The translations under genes and the position numbers were made by a program. From positions 1 to 64,000 of the forward strand of contig JBMNFL010000001.1 of the NCBI GenBank assembly GCA_050949315.1: 64,000 bases of DNA. Reading direction: 5' to 3'. This document shows positions 18,705-29,058 of this stretch, one piece after another (within the stretch, counting starts at the first letter, position 1; each line of letters opens with the position of its first letter). Origin of the DNA: Bacilli bacterium (GTDB lineage Bacteria; Bacillota_I; Bacilli_A; RFN20; UBA1709). The notes under the pieces were generated by a model. It saw only the letters and a list, made by a program, of their open reading frames with translations. It searched no databases and had not been told where the DNA came from.

Positions 18705-19169
18705 ATGTTTAAAGAGGCCGACTATGTTATGAGCCAAGAATATGGTCTTTGCACCGTTGTTTCTTCGCTTGGTCAAAATAGTGAACAAGAAACCTGCTAT
18801 CAACTAAAAAAAGTAAATAGCGAGGTTCTTTTAGAGCCGCAATCAAGTGCCACATTACGTCATCCAATGAGTAAAGAGAAGGCGGACAATCTTTTAGGTA
18901 GGCTTAAAGATTTAACAGTAAAATGGATTCGTAAGCCCGCGCTTCGCAATGAACAATATGCCAAGATGGTTGCTGGTGGGAAAGCTGAAGATTTAGCTAC
19001 CGCCATTAAATATTTTTATTTTCTAAATAAATATTCTTGGGGTAAAGGACTAGGTGCCCTACAGGATTTATTTGATAAGGCCAAAAGCCATTTTTTTGGA
19101 GAGTTAGCCCATGTCTATGAAATCAGTGAAGAAGAGGCTATGGACTTATTTAAGGAGAAACTAAAATGA
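18705..19169 (+). CDS. CarD-family transcriptional regulator (paralogue 1)
   Basis: MFKEADYV...YGLCTV, LRHPMS, R...Y...GG and GELAHV follow the CarD pattern. Confidence 0.7.
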   Translation: MFKEADYVMSQEYGLCTVVSSLGQNSEQETCYQLKKVNSEVLLEPQSSATLRHPMSKEKADNLLGRLKDLTVKWIRKPALRNEQYAKMVAGGKAEDLATAIKYFYFLNKYSWGKGLGALQDLFDKAKSHFFGELAHVYEISEEEAMDLFKEKLK

Positions 19170-19657
19170 TGGAATATCAATCTGGTTCGACCGTTGTTCA
19201 TAAATCCCATGGTTTATGCCTAGTCCGCGGTCTTAAAAAAATAGGGAAAAAAGAATATTATGAAATTGTCCCCTTGCAAGGTGAAAAAGTTATCATCTAT
19301 GTTCCTTGTAAATCGGCCTCTCTCATTTTTATTGATATCATGAGTGCCAGCGAAGCTGACGAGCTTTTGCGCTATATGAAAAGTATTGATGACACCTTAG
19401 ATGTTATGGACAAACAAAAACGTGATGAATATAAGCGTAAAATTCAAGAAGGGGATCGCTATGAGATCGCTTTTCTCGCCCGTAAACTTCATTTTCTTAA
19501 AGAAGATAAAGAAAGTCGCAATATGGAACTAGGCTCGCAGGATCAAGCCTTGTTTGAAAGGGCGCGAAATCGCCTACTTGATGAATTTTCCCTTTCTTAT
19601 TCCGTACCTCGTGATCAGGTTGAAAACTTTATTGATGGCCGTATAGAAAAAGTCTAG
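19166..19657 (+). CDS. CarD-family transcriptional regulator (paralogue 2)
   Basis: YQSGSTVVHKSHGLCLV, YY.I, IYVP, GD and DQALFERARNRLLDEFS motifs. Confidence 0.82.
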   Translation: MMEYQSGSTVVHKSHGLCLVRGLKKIGKKEYYEIVPLQGEKVIIYVPCKSASLIFIDIMSASEADELLRYMKSIDDTLDVMDKQKRDEYKRKIQEGDRYEIAFLARKLHFLKEDKESRNMELGSQDQALFERARNRLLDEFSLSYSVPRDQVENFIDGRIEKV

Positions 19658-19680
19658 AGTAAAATTAACTTTAGACTTTT
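19648..19680. terminator. Bidirectional terminator between convergent genes
   Basis: AAAAGTCTAGAGT...ACTTTAGACTTTT inverted repeat. Confidence 0.65.
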
Positions 19681-20234
19681 TAAATAGAGTAGAGTAACAT
19701 GCCTAAACCCGCCGAGATGATAATGATAAAAATGGGGTTTAGTTTTTTGAATTTAAGTCTTAAGAAAAGAACGAGGGGAATAATAACAAGAGGTTGCCAA
19801 ACCCAACTAGCTAAATCATCAAAACCGCTGGGGAGTAGCAAAGTATAAAATAGACTTATGCTAACCGCAGCAATTAAACCGACAACTACCGGTCTAATAC
19901 CCTTGAGAACATTTTGAACATAGCGGTTTTCATTAAAGTTTACAAAGATTTTGGCAATGATAATAATGATAATAATGGAAGGGCTTATCACACCGAGAGT
20001 GGCGCAAACAGCACCCAAAACTCCCGCCTGGTTAAAACCTGTAAAGGTGGCAACATTGATAGCAAAAGCACCGGGAGTGGCTTCAGAAATGGCTAAAAAG
20101 TTATTTAATTCTTCTAAAGTCATGAAGCCGGCCTTAACCAGTTCGGTGCGCATCATGGGAATCATGGCGTAACCGCCACCGAAGGTAAAAAGGCCTATTT
20201 TAAAGAAGAGCCAAAAGAGTATTAGATAAATCAT
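19680..20234 (-). CDS. Chromate transporter (short-chain CHR, second half)
   Basis: KIGLFTFGGGYAM, SEATPG and RPVVVGLI motifs. Confidence 0.92.
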   Translation of the reverse strand: MIYLILFWLFFKIGLFTFGGGYAMIPMMRTELVKAGFMTLEELNNFLAISEATPGAFAINVATFTGFNQAGVLGAVCATLGVISPSIIIIIIIAKIFVNFNENRYVQNVLKGIRPVVVGLIAAVSISLFYTLLLPSGFDDLASWVWQPLVIIPLVLFLRLKFKKLNPIFIIIISAGLGMLLYSI

Positions 20235-20806
20235 GATTGCTCCTCCTTGATTAAGAAAGTATAAAAAACAAAGCCGATTATGGCACCGATGATAATCATG
20301 AAGATGGAGCTAAAAGAAGTCAGCAATGCTAGGGCAAAAGCCCCAAGAGTAATAGGAATAGTTACATAAAGTTTCCCACGTTTACTAAGGGTTTTAAAGA
20401 GTTTAAGGGCCGCGCCAAAAATTAGAACGGCTACACAACAGAGGATGCCTTTAAAGGCTTTTTGAACAAGATCAAACTTAGCGAAACTTTCATAAAAGTA
20501 GGCGATGATAGAAATGATAATTATGGAAGGTGTAGCAACACCAAATGTTGTAAAAACACCACCGAGAACCCCGGCTTTTTTAAAACCAACAAAGGTTGCG
20601 GTATTGATTGCTATCGGTCCAGGAGTTGATTCGGCAATCGCAATGATATCCAATAATTCTTCTTCACTAATCCACTTCTTTTTTTCAATGGCGACAGAAT
20701 GGATCAAAGAAAGCATGGAAAAACCGCCACCAAAAGTAAAAAGGCCAATCTTAAAAAAGGTCCAATATAGTTCTAAAATAAGCAGAAATTTATCTTTTTT
20801 TGTCAT
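20231..20806 (-). CDS. Chromate transporter (short-chain CHR, first half)
   Basis: KIGLFTFGGG and AESTPGPIAIN motifs. Confidence 0.92.
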   Translation of the reverse strand: MTKKDKFLLILELYWTFFKIGLFTFGGGFSMLSLIHSVAIEKKKWISEEELLDIIAIAESTPGPIAINTATFVGFKKAGVLGGVFTTFGVATPSIIIISIIAYFYESFAKFDLVQKAFKGILCCVAVLIFGAALKLFKTLSKRGKLYVTIPITLGAFALALLTSFSSIFMIIIGAIIGFVFYTFLIKEEQS

Positions 20807-21539
20807 TTTCTTTAACCCACAGTTCCAATTGTTCTTGATTAGAAAGCATTGTTAAAAAATTATTTCTAGCCTCAGGAAAGCGATGGTAAAAAGTAATTAA
20901 CAATTCTTTGATACTTTGCCTTTCGGTTTGGCCACTATTAGGACAAGTTGATTCAACAAAAGGAATCTGACTGCTTTTAATGGTCCTTTTAATTTCTTTT
21001 TCCCTAGCATAAAGTAAAGGTCGAATAAAGACTACCTTTTCCCTTGATAATTCCATTTTTGGTTTAAAGGTGGCAAGACGACCACCGTGAATGGCATTTA
21101 ATACCAAGGTTTCAATAGCGTCATCGGCGTGATGAGCAAAAGCGATTTTATTACATTGATATTTGTGCGCGGCTTTACAGATAGCGGCTTTACGCATTTT
21201 CCCGCAAATCGAGCAAGACAGTCGTCCATTTTTATCGATTTTTAATTTTAAAACTTCATAAATGAGAGGGGAAGAATCCTCAATATATAAAGGCAATTCT
21301 CGTTCTTTTAGGAAAGCAGTGATACTTTCCCAAGAGAGTCTAGGAAAGCCCATATTGATATGAATTGGCACAATTTCATAATTTTTCTTGGAAAAGAATT
21401 TATAAAGGCGTAAGGCTTCAACTAAGCACATCGAATCTTTGCCACCAGAAATGCCGACGGCTAAACGATCGCCGTTTTCAATTAATCCATAGTCAGAATC
21501 AGCCTGTTTCAAGCAGCCAAGAATTGTGGACATTGCCAT
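20790..21539 (-). CDS. ttcA: tRNA 2-thiocytidine biosynthesis TtcA-family PP-loop ATPase
   Basis: SGGKDS, CSIC, HHADD.ET, IRPL and CP motifs. Confidence 0.85.
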   Translation of the reverse strand: MAMSTILGCLKQADSDYGLIENGDRLAVGISGGKDSMCLVEALRLYKFFSKKNYEIVPIHINMGFPRLSWESITAFLKERELPLYIEDSSPLIYEVLKLKIDKNGRLSCSICGKMRKAAICKAAHKYQCNKIAFAHHADDAIETLVLNAIHGGRLATFKPKMELSREKVVFIRPLLYAREKEIKRTIKSSQIPFVESTCPNSGQTERQSIKELLITFYHRFPEARNNFLTMLSNQEQLELWVKENDKKR

Positions 21540-21612
21540 AGTATTACTACCCCCTTACGGCTTGATTATATCATTTTAATTAAAAAAAGAATATAATAGA
21601 AATGGTGATGTA

Positions 21613-22461
21613 ATGAATCGTGTTTATTTGATTGATAAACCCGTCGGCATATCCAGTTATGCGGTGGTGGCAGAAGTCAAAAGACAATTAAAAATTAAGC
21701 AAGTCGGCCATACGGGAACGCTTGATCCTTTTGCTAGTGGTTTGCTTTTGATTTGCTGTGGCGAGGCGACAAAAATTGTGCGTTTTCTTGAAGCTAAAAC
21801 AAAAACTTATCTAGCTCATCTGCGTTTAGGTATTAGAACCGATACGGCTGATAATACAGGGAAGGTTATTGAAGAAAAGCCTATTCCGACTTTAGAAAAC
21901 GCTGAGGCAGTTTTGAAAAGTTTTTTAGGAAAAAGTTATCAAGTACCACCAATGTATTCTGCTTTAAAAGTTAAGGGCAAGAAGCTTTATGAACTAGCTA
22001 GAGCAGGTAAGGAAGTTGAAAGAAAAACTCGTGAAATTACAATTTTTTCTATCGAATTATTAAAAAAGAGACCTGAAGAAATCGTTTTTAAGCTTTCTTG
22101 TTCAGCAGGGACATATATTCGCAGTCTAGGTGAAGATATTGCTGAAAAACTAGGAACAGTAGGCCATTTAACCGAATTAAGAAGATTAAAAATCGGGGAG
22201 TTTAACGTTGAGGAAGCCAGCAATTTGGAAGACTTCAAAAAAACGACAGGCCTAAGTATTCTTGAAGCCTTGAAAGATTTACCTATAATTGAGCTAGATC
22301 CATCATTAATAGTATCTGCTAAAAATGGTCGCCCTTTAATGTTAACAAATAGAGGCGAATATGCTTTAATAGTGCAGGTGGAGCATAAAGAAACTACGCC
22401 CATAGCTATCTATCAATATAAAGATGGTTGCTATCGTTGTTTGAGGGGATTCAATCTATGA
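21613..22461 (+). CDS. truB: tRNA pseudouridine(55) synthase
   Basis: GHTGTLDPFASG, QVPPMYSA and GTYIRSL motifs. Confidence 0.96.
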   Translation: MNRVYLIDKPVGISSYAVVAEVKRQLKIKQVGHTGTLDPFASGLLLICCGEATKIVRFLEAKTKTYLAHLRLGIRTDTADNTGKVIEEKPIPTLENAEAVLKSFLGKSYQVPPMYSALKVKGKKLYELARAGKEVERKTREITIFSIELLKKRPEEIVFKLSCSAGTYIRSLGEDIAEKLGTVGHLTELRRLKIGEFNVEEASNLEDFKKTTGLSILEALKDLPIIELDPSLIVSAKNGRPLMLTNRGEYALIVQVEHKETTPIAIYQYKDGCYRCLRGFNL

Positions 22462-23357
22462 AAACAAAAGTTTTAAAACTACCAATAAAGGGAAATTATT
22501 CAGTGGTCACACTTGGCATTGGCTATTTTGATGGTTTACACCTTGGTCATCAAGAATTAATCAAAAGAGTTCTTCAAGAAGCTAAAAAGACTGGAACAAA
22601 AAGCGCGATTTTTACTTTTAGTCCTTTCATGCATCGTGTTTTAGGTAAAAAATACTTAGATGGTGAGTTAACCCCCTTAGAGTTTAAATTAGAAAAATTA
22701 AAGCAACTAGGTATCGAAATTTGTTATATTTTGGATTTTAATATGGAAATGGCTAAACTTAGTCCTGAGGCTTTTTTAGAAACAGTACTTAAACCCTTGA
22801 ATATAAAAACAATAATTTGTGGTAGTGATTTTCGTTTTGGACACCTTGGTAAGGGTGGAATAAAAGAACTAAACGCCATGTTTAAAACACTTGTTGTTCC
22901 CTTGTTAGAAGTTTATGGGCAAAAGGTTTCTTCAACAACTATTTATCAATATTTAAAAGAAGGAAAAGTTCAGAAAATACCAGACTTTTTAGGCGATTAT
23001 TATACATTTACTGGCATAGTTATTAAAGGGTTAGGTAATGGGAAAAAGTTAGGAATAAATACCGCTAATATGGAGGCTGGTGCTTTTGTTTTACCTAAAA
23101 ACGGTGTTTATAAGGTACGAGTTCAAGTACAGGGTAAAGAATACTGGGGGCTTGCTAATGTTGGTTGTCATCCTTCTATTGATAAGTTGAGCAAAAATAT
23201 CGTTGAAGTGCACATATTAAACTTCAATCAGCAGATTTATGGCCAAGCAATACGGGTTAAATTTCATGAATTCATTCGTGAAGAACGTAAATTTGCTAGT
23301 TTAGAGGAATTAAAAAAACAGATAAAATTAGATACATTTTTACATTTTAAGGATTGA
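22458..23357 (+). CDS. ribF: Bifunctional riboflavin kinase/FAD synthetase
   Basis: FDGLHLGH, DFRFG, VSST, TAN, EVH and IREERKF motifs; ATGA overlap with truB. Confidence 0.93.
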   Translation: MKTKVLKLPIKGNYSVVTLGIGYFDGLHLGHQELIKRVLQEAKKTGTKSAIFTFSPFMHRVLGKKYLDGELTPLEFKLEKLKQLGIEICYILDFNMEMAKLSPEAFLETVLKPLNIKTIICGSDFRFGHLGKGGIKELNAMFKTLVVPLLEVYGQKVSSTTIYQYLKEGKVQKIPDFLGDYYTFTGIVIKGLGNGKKLGINTANMEAGAFVLPKNGVYKVRVQVQGKEYWGLANVGCHPSIDKLSKNIVEVHILNFNQQIYGQAIRVKFHEFIREERKFASLEELKKQIKLDTFLHFKD

Positions 23358-23409
23358 TTTTTATAATTTTATTGATTATAATAACAGTTACAAGGACAAG
23401 GATGTGTTT

Positions 23410-24813
23410 ATGATGAGAAACGTAATTAGAATTATCCTCGGTATTTTATGGGTTATTTTGGCAGTAGCAACAGTTGCAACATATGCTGTTCCTGCCGTGA
23501 ATGATTTTGTAGTAGAGTATGTTCCTTTAACATATCTCTTAGCGGCCGCTATTCTTTTAACCGCACTTTGGATTGTTATCTTTTGTATTGATGGTTTTAG
23601 TCGGGAAATCGGTAAGACCGTTGATGGGACGGTCCAATATCACCCTGAGGTTGATGTAAGAGAAATTGACGTTGACGAAGTGCCACCCAGTCAGATTTAT
23701 ACTGACTTAGAGCGGGCTGAGTTTGCTGAAAGGAAGAAAGAACCCTATGAAAAGGTTATCTACGCCCACCCAGATGGTTATTTAGTTGGTGAAAAGCCGG
23801 AAGAAGTACCTCCAGTAGAGCAAATTGAACCTTCGGAAGAAGAAGTTAAAACTGAGACCCCACCAGAAGTGGCAGAAGAGGTTCCAGTGACTGAACCTGA
23901 AAAAATCATGATGCCTGTTAAAGTGGCTGAAGAAGAGACTCCGGCGGAAGAACCTAAGGAAACTCCAGTAGAAGAACCTAAAGAAGAATTAGAACCTGTT
24001 CAAGAGGAACCTGTTCAGGTGGAAGAAGTTGAAGAAGTTAAGGAAATTGAGGAAGTTGAGGAAGTCGAAGAAGTCAAGGAAGGAGCCTTAATTACTCTAA
24101 CTAAAAAGAAAACTGTACCTTTCACTATGTGGGAAGGCAATACTGTTCTTGTTTCTGAAGGATGGCTAACTCATCTTGAAGAAGAGAAAAAGAAAGACTA
24201 TTATCCTGAACTGATGGATTTTGTACGCGGAGTCTATGAATCAGGAAAACTCTGTTATCCTGAGGCCGATTATTTACTTAAATGTTTAGAATATACCGAT
24301 CTCGAAAATGTTCGGGTAGTTATCATTGGTAAATTCCCCTTCTATCGTAAGAATCAAGCTGATGGCTTAGCCTTTTCAACTAATATTCAACAAAAACCTC
24401 ATCAAACTACTAAAGTTATTATTAAAGAAGCGGTGGATGATGTGGGAATTAAAGAAGTTGAACACGGTAGTTTAGTCAATTGGGCCAAAGAAGGCGTTCT
24501 CTTAATTAACGCTGTTATGACCGCCCCAGCTGATAAACCAGCTTCACATACCGATTGTGGCTGGAAGTTCTTAACCGATGCTTTGCTTGACTTAGTAATT
24601 AAAGATGAAAAACCCAAAGTCTTTGTTCTTTGGGGCGAACAAGCTCGGGATTATTTAGAGCGGGTCAGTGATAAGGATAATATCTTAGTGTTAGAGGCAC
24701 CAAACCCCTCGCCACTATCAGCGGCCAATGGTTTTTATGGCAGTAAGCCCTTTTCGAAAATCAATGAGTTCCTAACAGCTCATGGCTATGCCCCAATCAA
24801 TTGGGAATTGTAA
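23410..24813 (+). CDS. Membrane-anchored uracil-DNA glycosylase (family 1)-fold protein with altered catalytic motifs
   Basis: Two N-terminal TM helices, a Glu/Pro linker, then a UNG domain: VVIIGKFPFY, QADGLAFS, WAKEGVLLIN, SH...GW, VFVLWG, NPSPLSA..GFYGSKPFSKIN, PINW. Confidence 0.85.
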   Translation: MMRNVIRIILGILWVILAVATVATYAVPAVNDFVVEYVPLTYLLAAAILLTALWIVIFCIDGFSREIGKTVDGTVQYHPEVDVREIDVDEVPPSQIYTDLERAEFAERKKEPYEKVIYAHPDGYLVGEKPEEVPPVEQIEPSEEEVKTETPPEVAEEVPVTEPEKIMMPVKVAEEETPAEEPKETPVEEPKEELEPVQEEPVQVEEVEEVKEIEEVEEVEEVKEGALITLTKKKTVPFTMWEGNTVLVSEGWLTHLEEEKKKDYYPELMDFVRGVYESGKLCYPEADYLLKCLEYTDLENVRVVIIGKFPFYRKNQADGLAFSTNIQQKPHQTTKVIIKEAVDDVGIKEVEHGSLVNWAKEGVLLINAVMTAPADKPASHTDCGWKFLTDALLDLVIKDEKPKVFVLWGEQARDYLERVSDKDNILVLEAPNPSPLSAANGFYGSKPFSKINEFLTAHGYAPINWEL

Positions 24814-24874
24814 TATTTAGAAAAATTTGTAAAAAAACTTGCTTTAATAGTTAAGAACAACTATTATTATCTAG

Positions 24875-24945
24875 CGGGTCAAACCGCAACTAACTAAGTC
24901 TGGGTTTAGTGAAACTCCAACGCTCTACGCGGATTTAGTCGAATT
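24875..24945 (+). promoter_or_regulatory. Probable S15 autoregulatory leader
   Basis: Structured segment (CTAAGTCTG...CGGATTTAG arms) directly upstream of the rpsO RBS, the typical position for the Firmicutes S15 leader. Confidence 0.5.
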
Positions 24946-24967
24946 AATTTAAAAGGAGGAAATATTA

Positions 24968-25237
24968 ATGGCTGTTTCAAAAGAAAGAGTTGCCGAATTA
25001 GTCAAGAAATATGGCAAAAATGAAAATGATAGCGGAACGGCAGAAGTGCAGATTGCCCTGTTAACTGAACAGATCAATTTGTTAACTGAGCATTTAAAAG
25101 TCCACATCCATGATGCCCATTCTAGACGAGGCTTACTCGTTTTAGTCGGTAAAAGACGAGGTTTACTTGACTATCTAAGAAAATGTAGTGAACAACGCTA
25201 TGTTGATATCATTAAAGATTTAGGAATTAGAAAATAA
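24968..25237 (+). CDS. rpsO: 30S ribosomal protein S15
   Basis: [23 protein letters not shown] and LGIRK motifs; 89 aa. Confidence 0.98.
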   Translation: MAVSKERVAELVKKYGKNENDSGTAEVQIALLTEQINLLTEHLKVHIHDAHSRRGLLVLVGKRRGLLDYLRKCSEQRYVDIIKDLGIRK

Positions 25238-25247
25238 AAAGAGAATA

Positions 25248-25272
25248 AAGCCAGTTTTTTACTGGCTTTTAT
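25248..25272 (+). terminator. Terminator after rpsO
   Basis: AAAGCCAGT...ACTGGCTTTT. Confidence 0.75.
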
Positions 25273-25286
25273 TAAAGGAGAAGTAA

Positions 25287-25589
25287 ATGTTTGAACTAGA
25301 TTGGGTCCGTAAGGTGGTTTTTGTAATTTTAGCTGTTACCCCTCTTTTTGTGGGGGCGATTTTAAAGCGTGATGGAAAAACTAGTGATATCCCTCCCAAA
25401 GTTCGGCTCGGTAAGTATGTTCAAATTGCGGCCGCGGTGATTATCGTTTTGATGTTCATTGCTGATGCTTATGCTACTAATGGTGTTATGAGTATGTATT
25501 ATCTGCTTTTCGCTATTAGCGCAGCTATCCTTGTCATCTCCTTAATCGTGGTTTGTATTTTCTTGCCGCGTTTTACTTTAAGAAAATAG
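25287..25589 (+). CDS. Small 3-TM hypothetical membrane protein
   Basis: RBS AAGGAG; three hydrophobic helices. Confidence 0.7.
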   Translation: MFELDWVRKVVFVILAVTPLFVGAILKRDGKTSDIPPKVRLGKYVQIAAAVIIVLMFIADAYATNGVMSMYYLLFAISAAILVISLIVVCIFLPRFTLRK

Positions 25590-25659
25590 GAAAAGAAAGT
25601 TTCTTTTCCTTTCTTTTTGTGTTAGAATAAATTCGTTTTAAATAATATGAGGTGAAAAA

Positions 25660-27861
25660 ATGTCTAAAAGAGTATTCACAAAAGAGTTTTGTGGAAAAAC
25701 CCTACAAGTAGAGGTAGGAGAAATTGCTAAACAAGCTGATGGTGCGGTTTTAGTCCGTTACAATGACAGCGTCATTCTTTCGACAGCTTGTGCCGATGAC
25801 GAAGCCAAAGATGTTGATTTTTTTCCTTTGACAGTCAGTTATGAAGAAAAATTATATGCGGTTGGTAAAATACCGGGAGGTTTCTTAAAAAGAGAAGGAA
25901 GGCCTAGTGAACACGCGATTTTAAATAGTCGCTTAATTGATCGTCCTTTAAGACCGCTTTTTGCCGAGGGCTTTCGTAATGAAGTCCAAGTGGTAAATAC
26001 TGTTTTATCTGTTGATCATGAGGCAAGTCCTGAGATGGCGGCCATGCTTGGCGCCAGTCTTGCTCTTTGTATTTCTGACATTCCCTTTAACGGACCGATA
26101 GCCGCGGTGCGTGTTGGACGTATCAATGGGGAATTTGTCGTAAATCCCAGTCCCAAAGAGGATGAAGAAAGTGATATTAACTTAACGGTGGCCGGTACGG
26201 AAAAAGCCATTAACATGGTTGAGGCGGGGGCTAAAGAGGTAAGCGAAGATGTCATGTTAGCCGCTATTATGTTTGGCCATGAAAAGATTAAAGAATTAAT
26301 TGCTTTTGAAAAAGAAATCATTAAAGAAGTGGGTAAGACCAAGCGCGAGATTGACTTATATCAAGTTCCTGAACAATTAAGAAAAGAAATTGAAAGTCAG
26401 TGTAAAGATGAATTAGTCGCCGCGGTGCGGATTAAGGAAAAACTTGAACGCTATGGCAAAATTGATGAGATAAATAAGAGAATATTAGAGCTTTATGAAG
26501 TTAAAGAATACGCTGATGAGAAAGCTAAAAAATTAGCCTTAAGACAGGTTAAAGATGCTTTAGATGATATTGTTAAAGAAGAATTTAGACGTCTAGTGAC
26601 CGTCGATAAAATACGACCAGACGGTCGTAAACTAGATGAAATTAGACCTTTAGATGCTCAGATTGATCTATTACCCCGCGTCCATGGTTCGGCTATGTTT
26701 ACTAGAGGAGAAACCCAAGTTATCTCTTCATGCACCTTAGGGCCAACTAATGAATATCAGGTCATTGATAATACGACTGATAATGAACAAAAACGCTTTA
26801 TGCATCACTATAACTTCCCACCATTTTCAGTCGGAGAAACGGGAAGAATGGGTTCGCCTGGCCGGCGAGAAATTGGTCATGGCGCTTTAGGTGAAAGAGC
26901 GCTAGCAAATGTAATACCTTCAGTTGAAGAATTCCCTTATACCATTCGGGTAGTTGCCGAAGTAGTGGAATCTAATGGTTCCTCTTCTCAAGCCTCTATT
27001 TGTGCTTCAACGATGGCCTTGATGGCAGCTGGTGTGCCGATTAAAGCACCTGTTGGTGGTATCGCAATGGGACTGATCACCAGTGGTCCTTTAGAAGAAA
27101 AAGCTTCCTATACCATCTTAACGGATATCCAAGGCATGGAAGATCATCTAGGTGATATGGATTTCAAAGTGGCGGGAACAAGAGAAGGGATCTGTGCTTT
27201 GCAGATGGATATAAAAATCCTTGGTATTAGTAGGGAAATCTTAGAAGAAGCGCTTGCCCAAGCCAAAAAAGCCAGAATGCAAATTCTCGATACCATTGAA
27301 GCTTGTATCCCCGAGCCGAGAAAAGAAGTTAGTCGCTATGCTCCGAAGATTAAACAGATGCAAATTGACGTTGAAAAAATTCGCGATGTCATTGGTCCTG
27401 GTGGTAAAAAGATCAATGAAATTATCGCGGCTTGCGACAACGTCCAAATTGATATTGAACAAACAGGAAAAATCGTTATCTATCACCATGATTTAGAACC
27501 TATCGCAAAAGCTGTTCAAATGATTGAAGAAATTACTAAGGTTGCTAAGGTTGGCGAAATTTATGAAGGCCCGATTACTAGAATTGAGAATTATGGGGTC
27601 TTTGTTGAACTCTTTGCCGATTGTGAGGGCATGGTTCATGTTTCAAAACTGGCTCATGAACGAGTAGAACATCCTAAAGATCTCTTCAAATTAGGTGATG
27701 TGATTAAAGTCATTGTCACGGGAATTGATGAAAAGGGCAAGGTTGCCTTATCGCGTAAAGACTTATTACCAAAACCTGAAGTTAAGCCGAACGAAGGTGA
27801 AAAAGAGAATAAAGATTCTAAAAAAGGTAAAAAGTTTTTCCATAAAATCACGATTAAATAA
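25660..27861 (+). CDS. pnp: Polyribonucleotide nucleotidyltransferase
   Basis: [28 protein letters not shown] and GDMDFKVAG motifs; KH and S1 domains. Confidence 0.98.
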   Translation: MSKRVFTKEFCGKTLQVEVGEIAKQADGAVLVRYNDSVILSTACADDEAKDVDFFPLTVSYEEKLYAVGKIPGGFLKREGRPSEHAILNSRLIDRPLRPLFAEGFRNEVQVVNTVLSVDHEASPEMAAMLGASLALCISDIPFNGPIAAVRVGRINGEFVVNPSPKEDEESDINLTVAGTEKAINMVEAGAKEVSEDVMLAAIMFGHEKIKELIAFEKEIIKEVGKTKREIDLYQVPEQLRKEIESQCKDELVAAVRIKEKLERYGKIDEINKRILELYEVKEYADEKAKKLALRQVKDALDDIVKEEFRRLVTVDKIRPDGRKLDEIRPLDAQIDLLPRVHGSAMFTRGETQVISSCTLGPTNEYQVIDNTTDNEQKRFMHHYNFPPFSVGETGRMGSPGRREIGHGALGERALANVIPSVEEFPYTIRVVAEVVESNGSSSQASICASTMALMAAGVPIKAPVGGIAMGLITSGPLEEKASYTILTDIQGMEDHLGDMDFKVAGTREGICALQMDIKILGISREILEEALAQAKKARMQILDTIEACIPEPRKEVSRYAPKIKQMQIDVEKIRDVIGPGGKKINEIIAACDNVQIDIEQTGKIVIYHHDLEPIAKAVQMIEEITKVAKVGEIYEGPITRIENYGVFVELFADCEGMVHVSKLAHERVEHPKDLFKLGDVIKVIVTGIDEKGKVALSRKDLLPKPEVKPNEGEKENKDSKKGKKFFHKITIK

Positions 27862-27867
27862 TTATTG

Positions 27868-27892
27868 AACTACCCAAAACGGGTAGTTTTTT
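27868..27892 (+). terminator. Terminator after pnp
   Basis: AACTACCC-AAAAC-GGGTAGTT followed by T's. Confidence 0.8.
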
Positions 27893-27930
27893 AAAACTAT
27901 GCGCGCTATAATAAAAGAGGGGATGGTTTT

Positions 27931-29058
27931 ATGATTAAGAAATTTTGGGTCAATAATTACAAAATTTTTCGGGAAAAAGCCTGTCTTGATTTTAGTGATG
28001 TCAAAGACTATGACTACAGTACGAATGGCGTAAGAGATGGATATATTAATACCGCCATTATTTACGGTAAGAATGGTTCAGGTAAATCAATGTTGGGTTT
28101 AGCTTTGTTTGATGTCACTTTACATCTGGTGGATAAAGCAAAAATCCCTGAGCAGACAATGAATTATCTTCCAGCCATGAGTGAAGAAGATTCACTGGCA
28201 GAATTTAACTATACTTTCGCTTTTGATAAACAAGAGGTTGATTACTATTATAAAAAGGACAAGGATGCTAGACTGGTCTATGAGGAACTAAAATTAGATG
28301 GCAAAAGCCTTTTTAGTTGCGATTTTAAGACTAATAAAATTGAGATTTTTGATCGTGAAGCTTTGCAAGCGGGCTCTTTGAATTTCACGATTTATAATGA
28401 GAAAAACCCCTGTAAAATCTCTGTGTTGCGTTATATTTATGCGAATACGATGATCAGCGCTTCTTCATTAGTTAAGAAGATTATTGATTTTGTCGGGCAT
28501 ATGCTTTGGTTTAGATCTTTAACTGAGGGGAATTCCTTTATCGGTTTTCACAATAGTGGAGCGATGTTATCTCAGGAAATTATTGCTACTGGAAATCTAA
28601 AAAAATTCGAGGAATTCTTACGTTTTTGTGAATTAGATTATACTTTAGAAGAATTACATTTGCCCTTGCTAGGGGCCAGTGTTGTCGGTGTTAAATATGG
28701 GAATAAAAAGTTAGACTTTTTGCAGGTGGCTTCTAGTGGCACGCGCTTATTGATGCTCTTCTTTTATTGGTCACTACACTTTAATGAAATTTCTTTCCTC
28801 TTTTTAGATGAATTTAATGCCTATTATCATTATTCACTTTCTTATAAAATTGCTAGTATTGTGAGAGATTTAAAGTGTCAGGCGGTGATGTCAACTCACG
28901 ATACTTCTCTACTTGAATCGGATGTTCTACGTCCTGATTGTTACTTTATTATGTATGCAAATAAGATCCAATCACTACCAAATCTAACCAAGCGGGAACT
29001 CCGCGAAGTTCACAATCTGGAGAAACTCTATCGTAGTTATGGCTTTACAGTTCAATAA
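27931..29058 (+). CDS. ABC-type (AAA_21/RloA-like) ATPase
   Basis: Walker A GKNGSGKS, signature SSGT, Walker B FLFLDEF and H-loop STHD; no TM helices. Confidence 0.85.
   Translation: MIKKFWVNNYKIFREKACLDFSDVKDYDYSTNGVRDGYINTAIIYGKNGSGKSMLGLALFDVTLHLVDKAKIPEQTMNYLPAMSEEDSLAEFNYTFAFDKQEVDYYYKKDKDARLVYEELKLDGKSLFSCDFKTNKIEIFDREALQAGSLNFTIYNEKNPCKISVLRYIYANTMISASSLVKKIIDFVGHMLWFRSLTEGNSFIGFHNSGAMLSQEIIATGNLKKFEEFLRFCELDYTLEELHLPLLGASVVGVKYGNKKLDFLQVASSGTRLLMLFFYWSLHFNEISFLFLDEFNAYYHYSLSYKIASIVRDLKCQAVMSTHDTSLLESDVLRPDCYFIMYANKIQSLPNLTKRELREVHNLEKLYRSYGFTVQ

Noticed and set aside
24020-24082. GAAGAAGTT-like 9-bp tandem repeats as a phase-variation or CRISPR-like array
   Set aside because: They are in-frame, degenerate codons for an EEV low-complexity linker, with no spacers.
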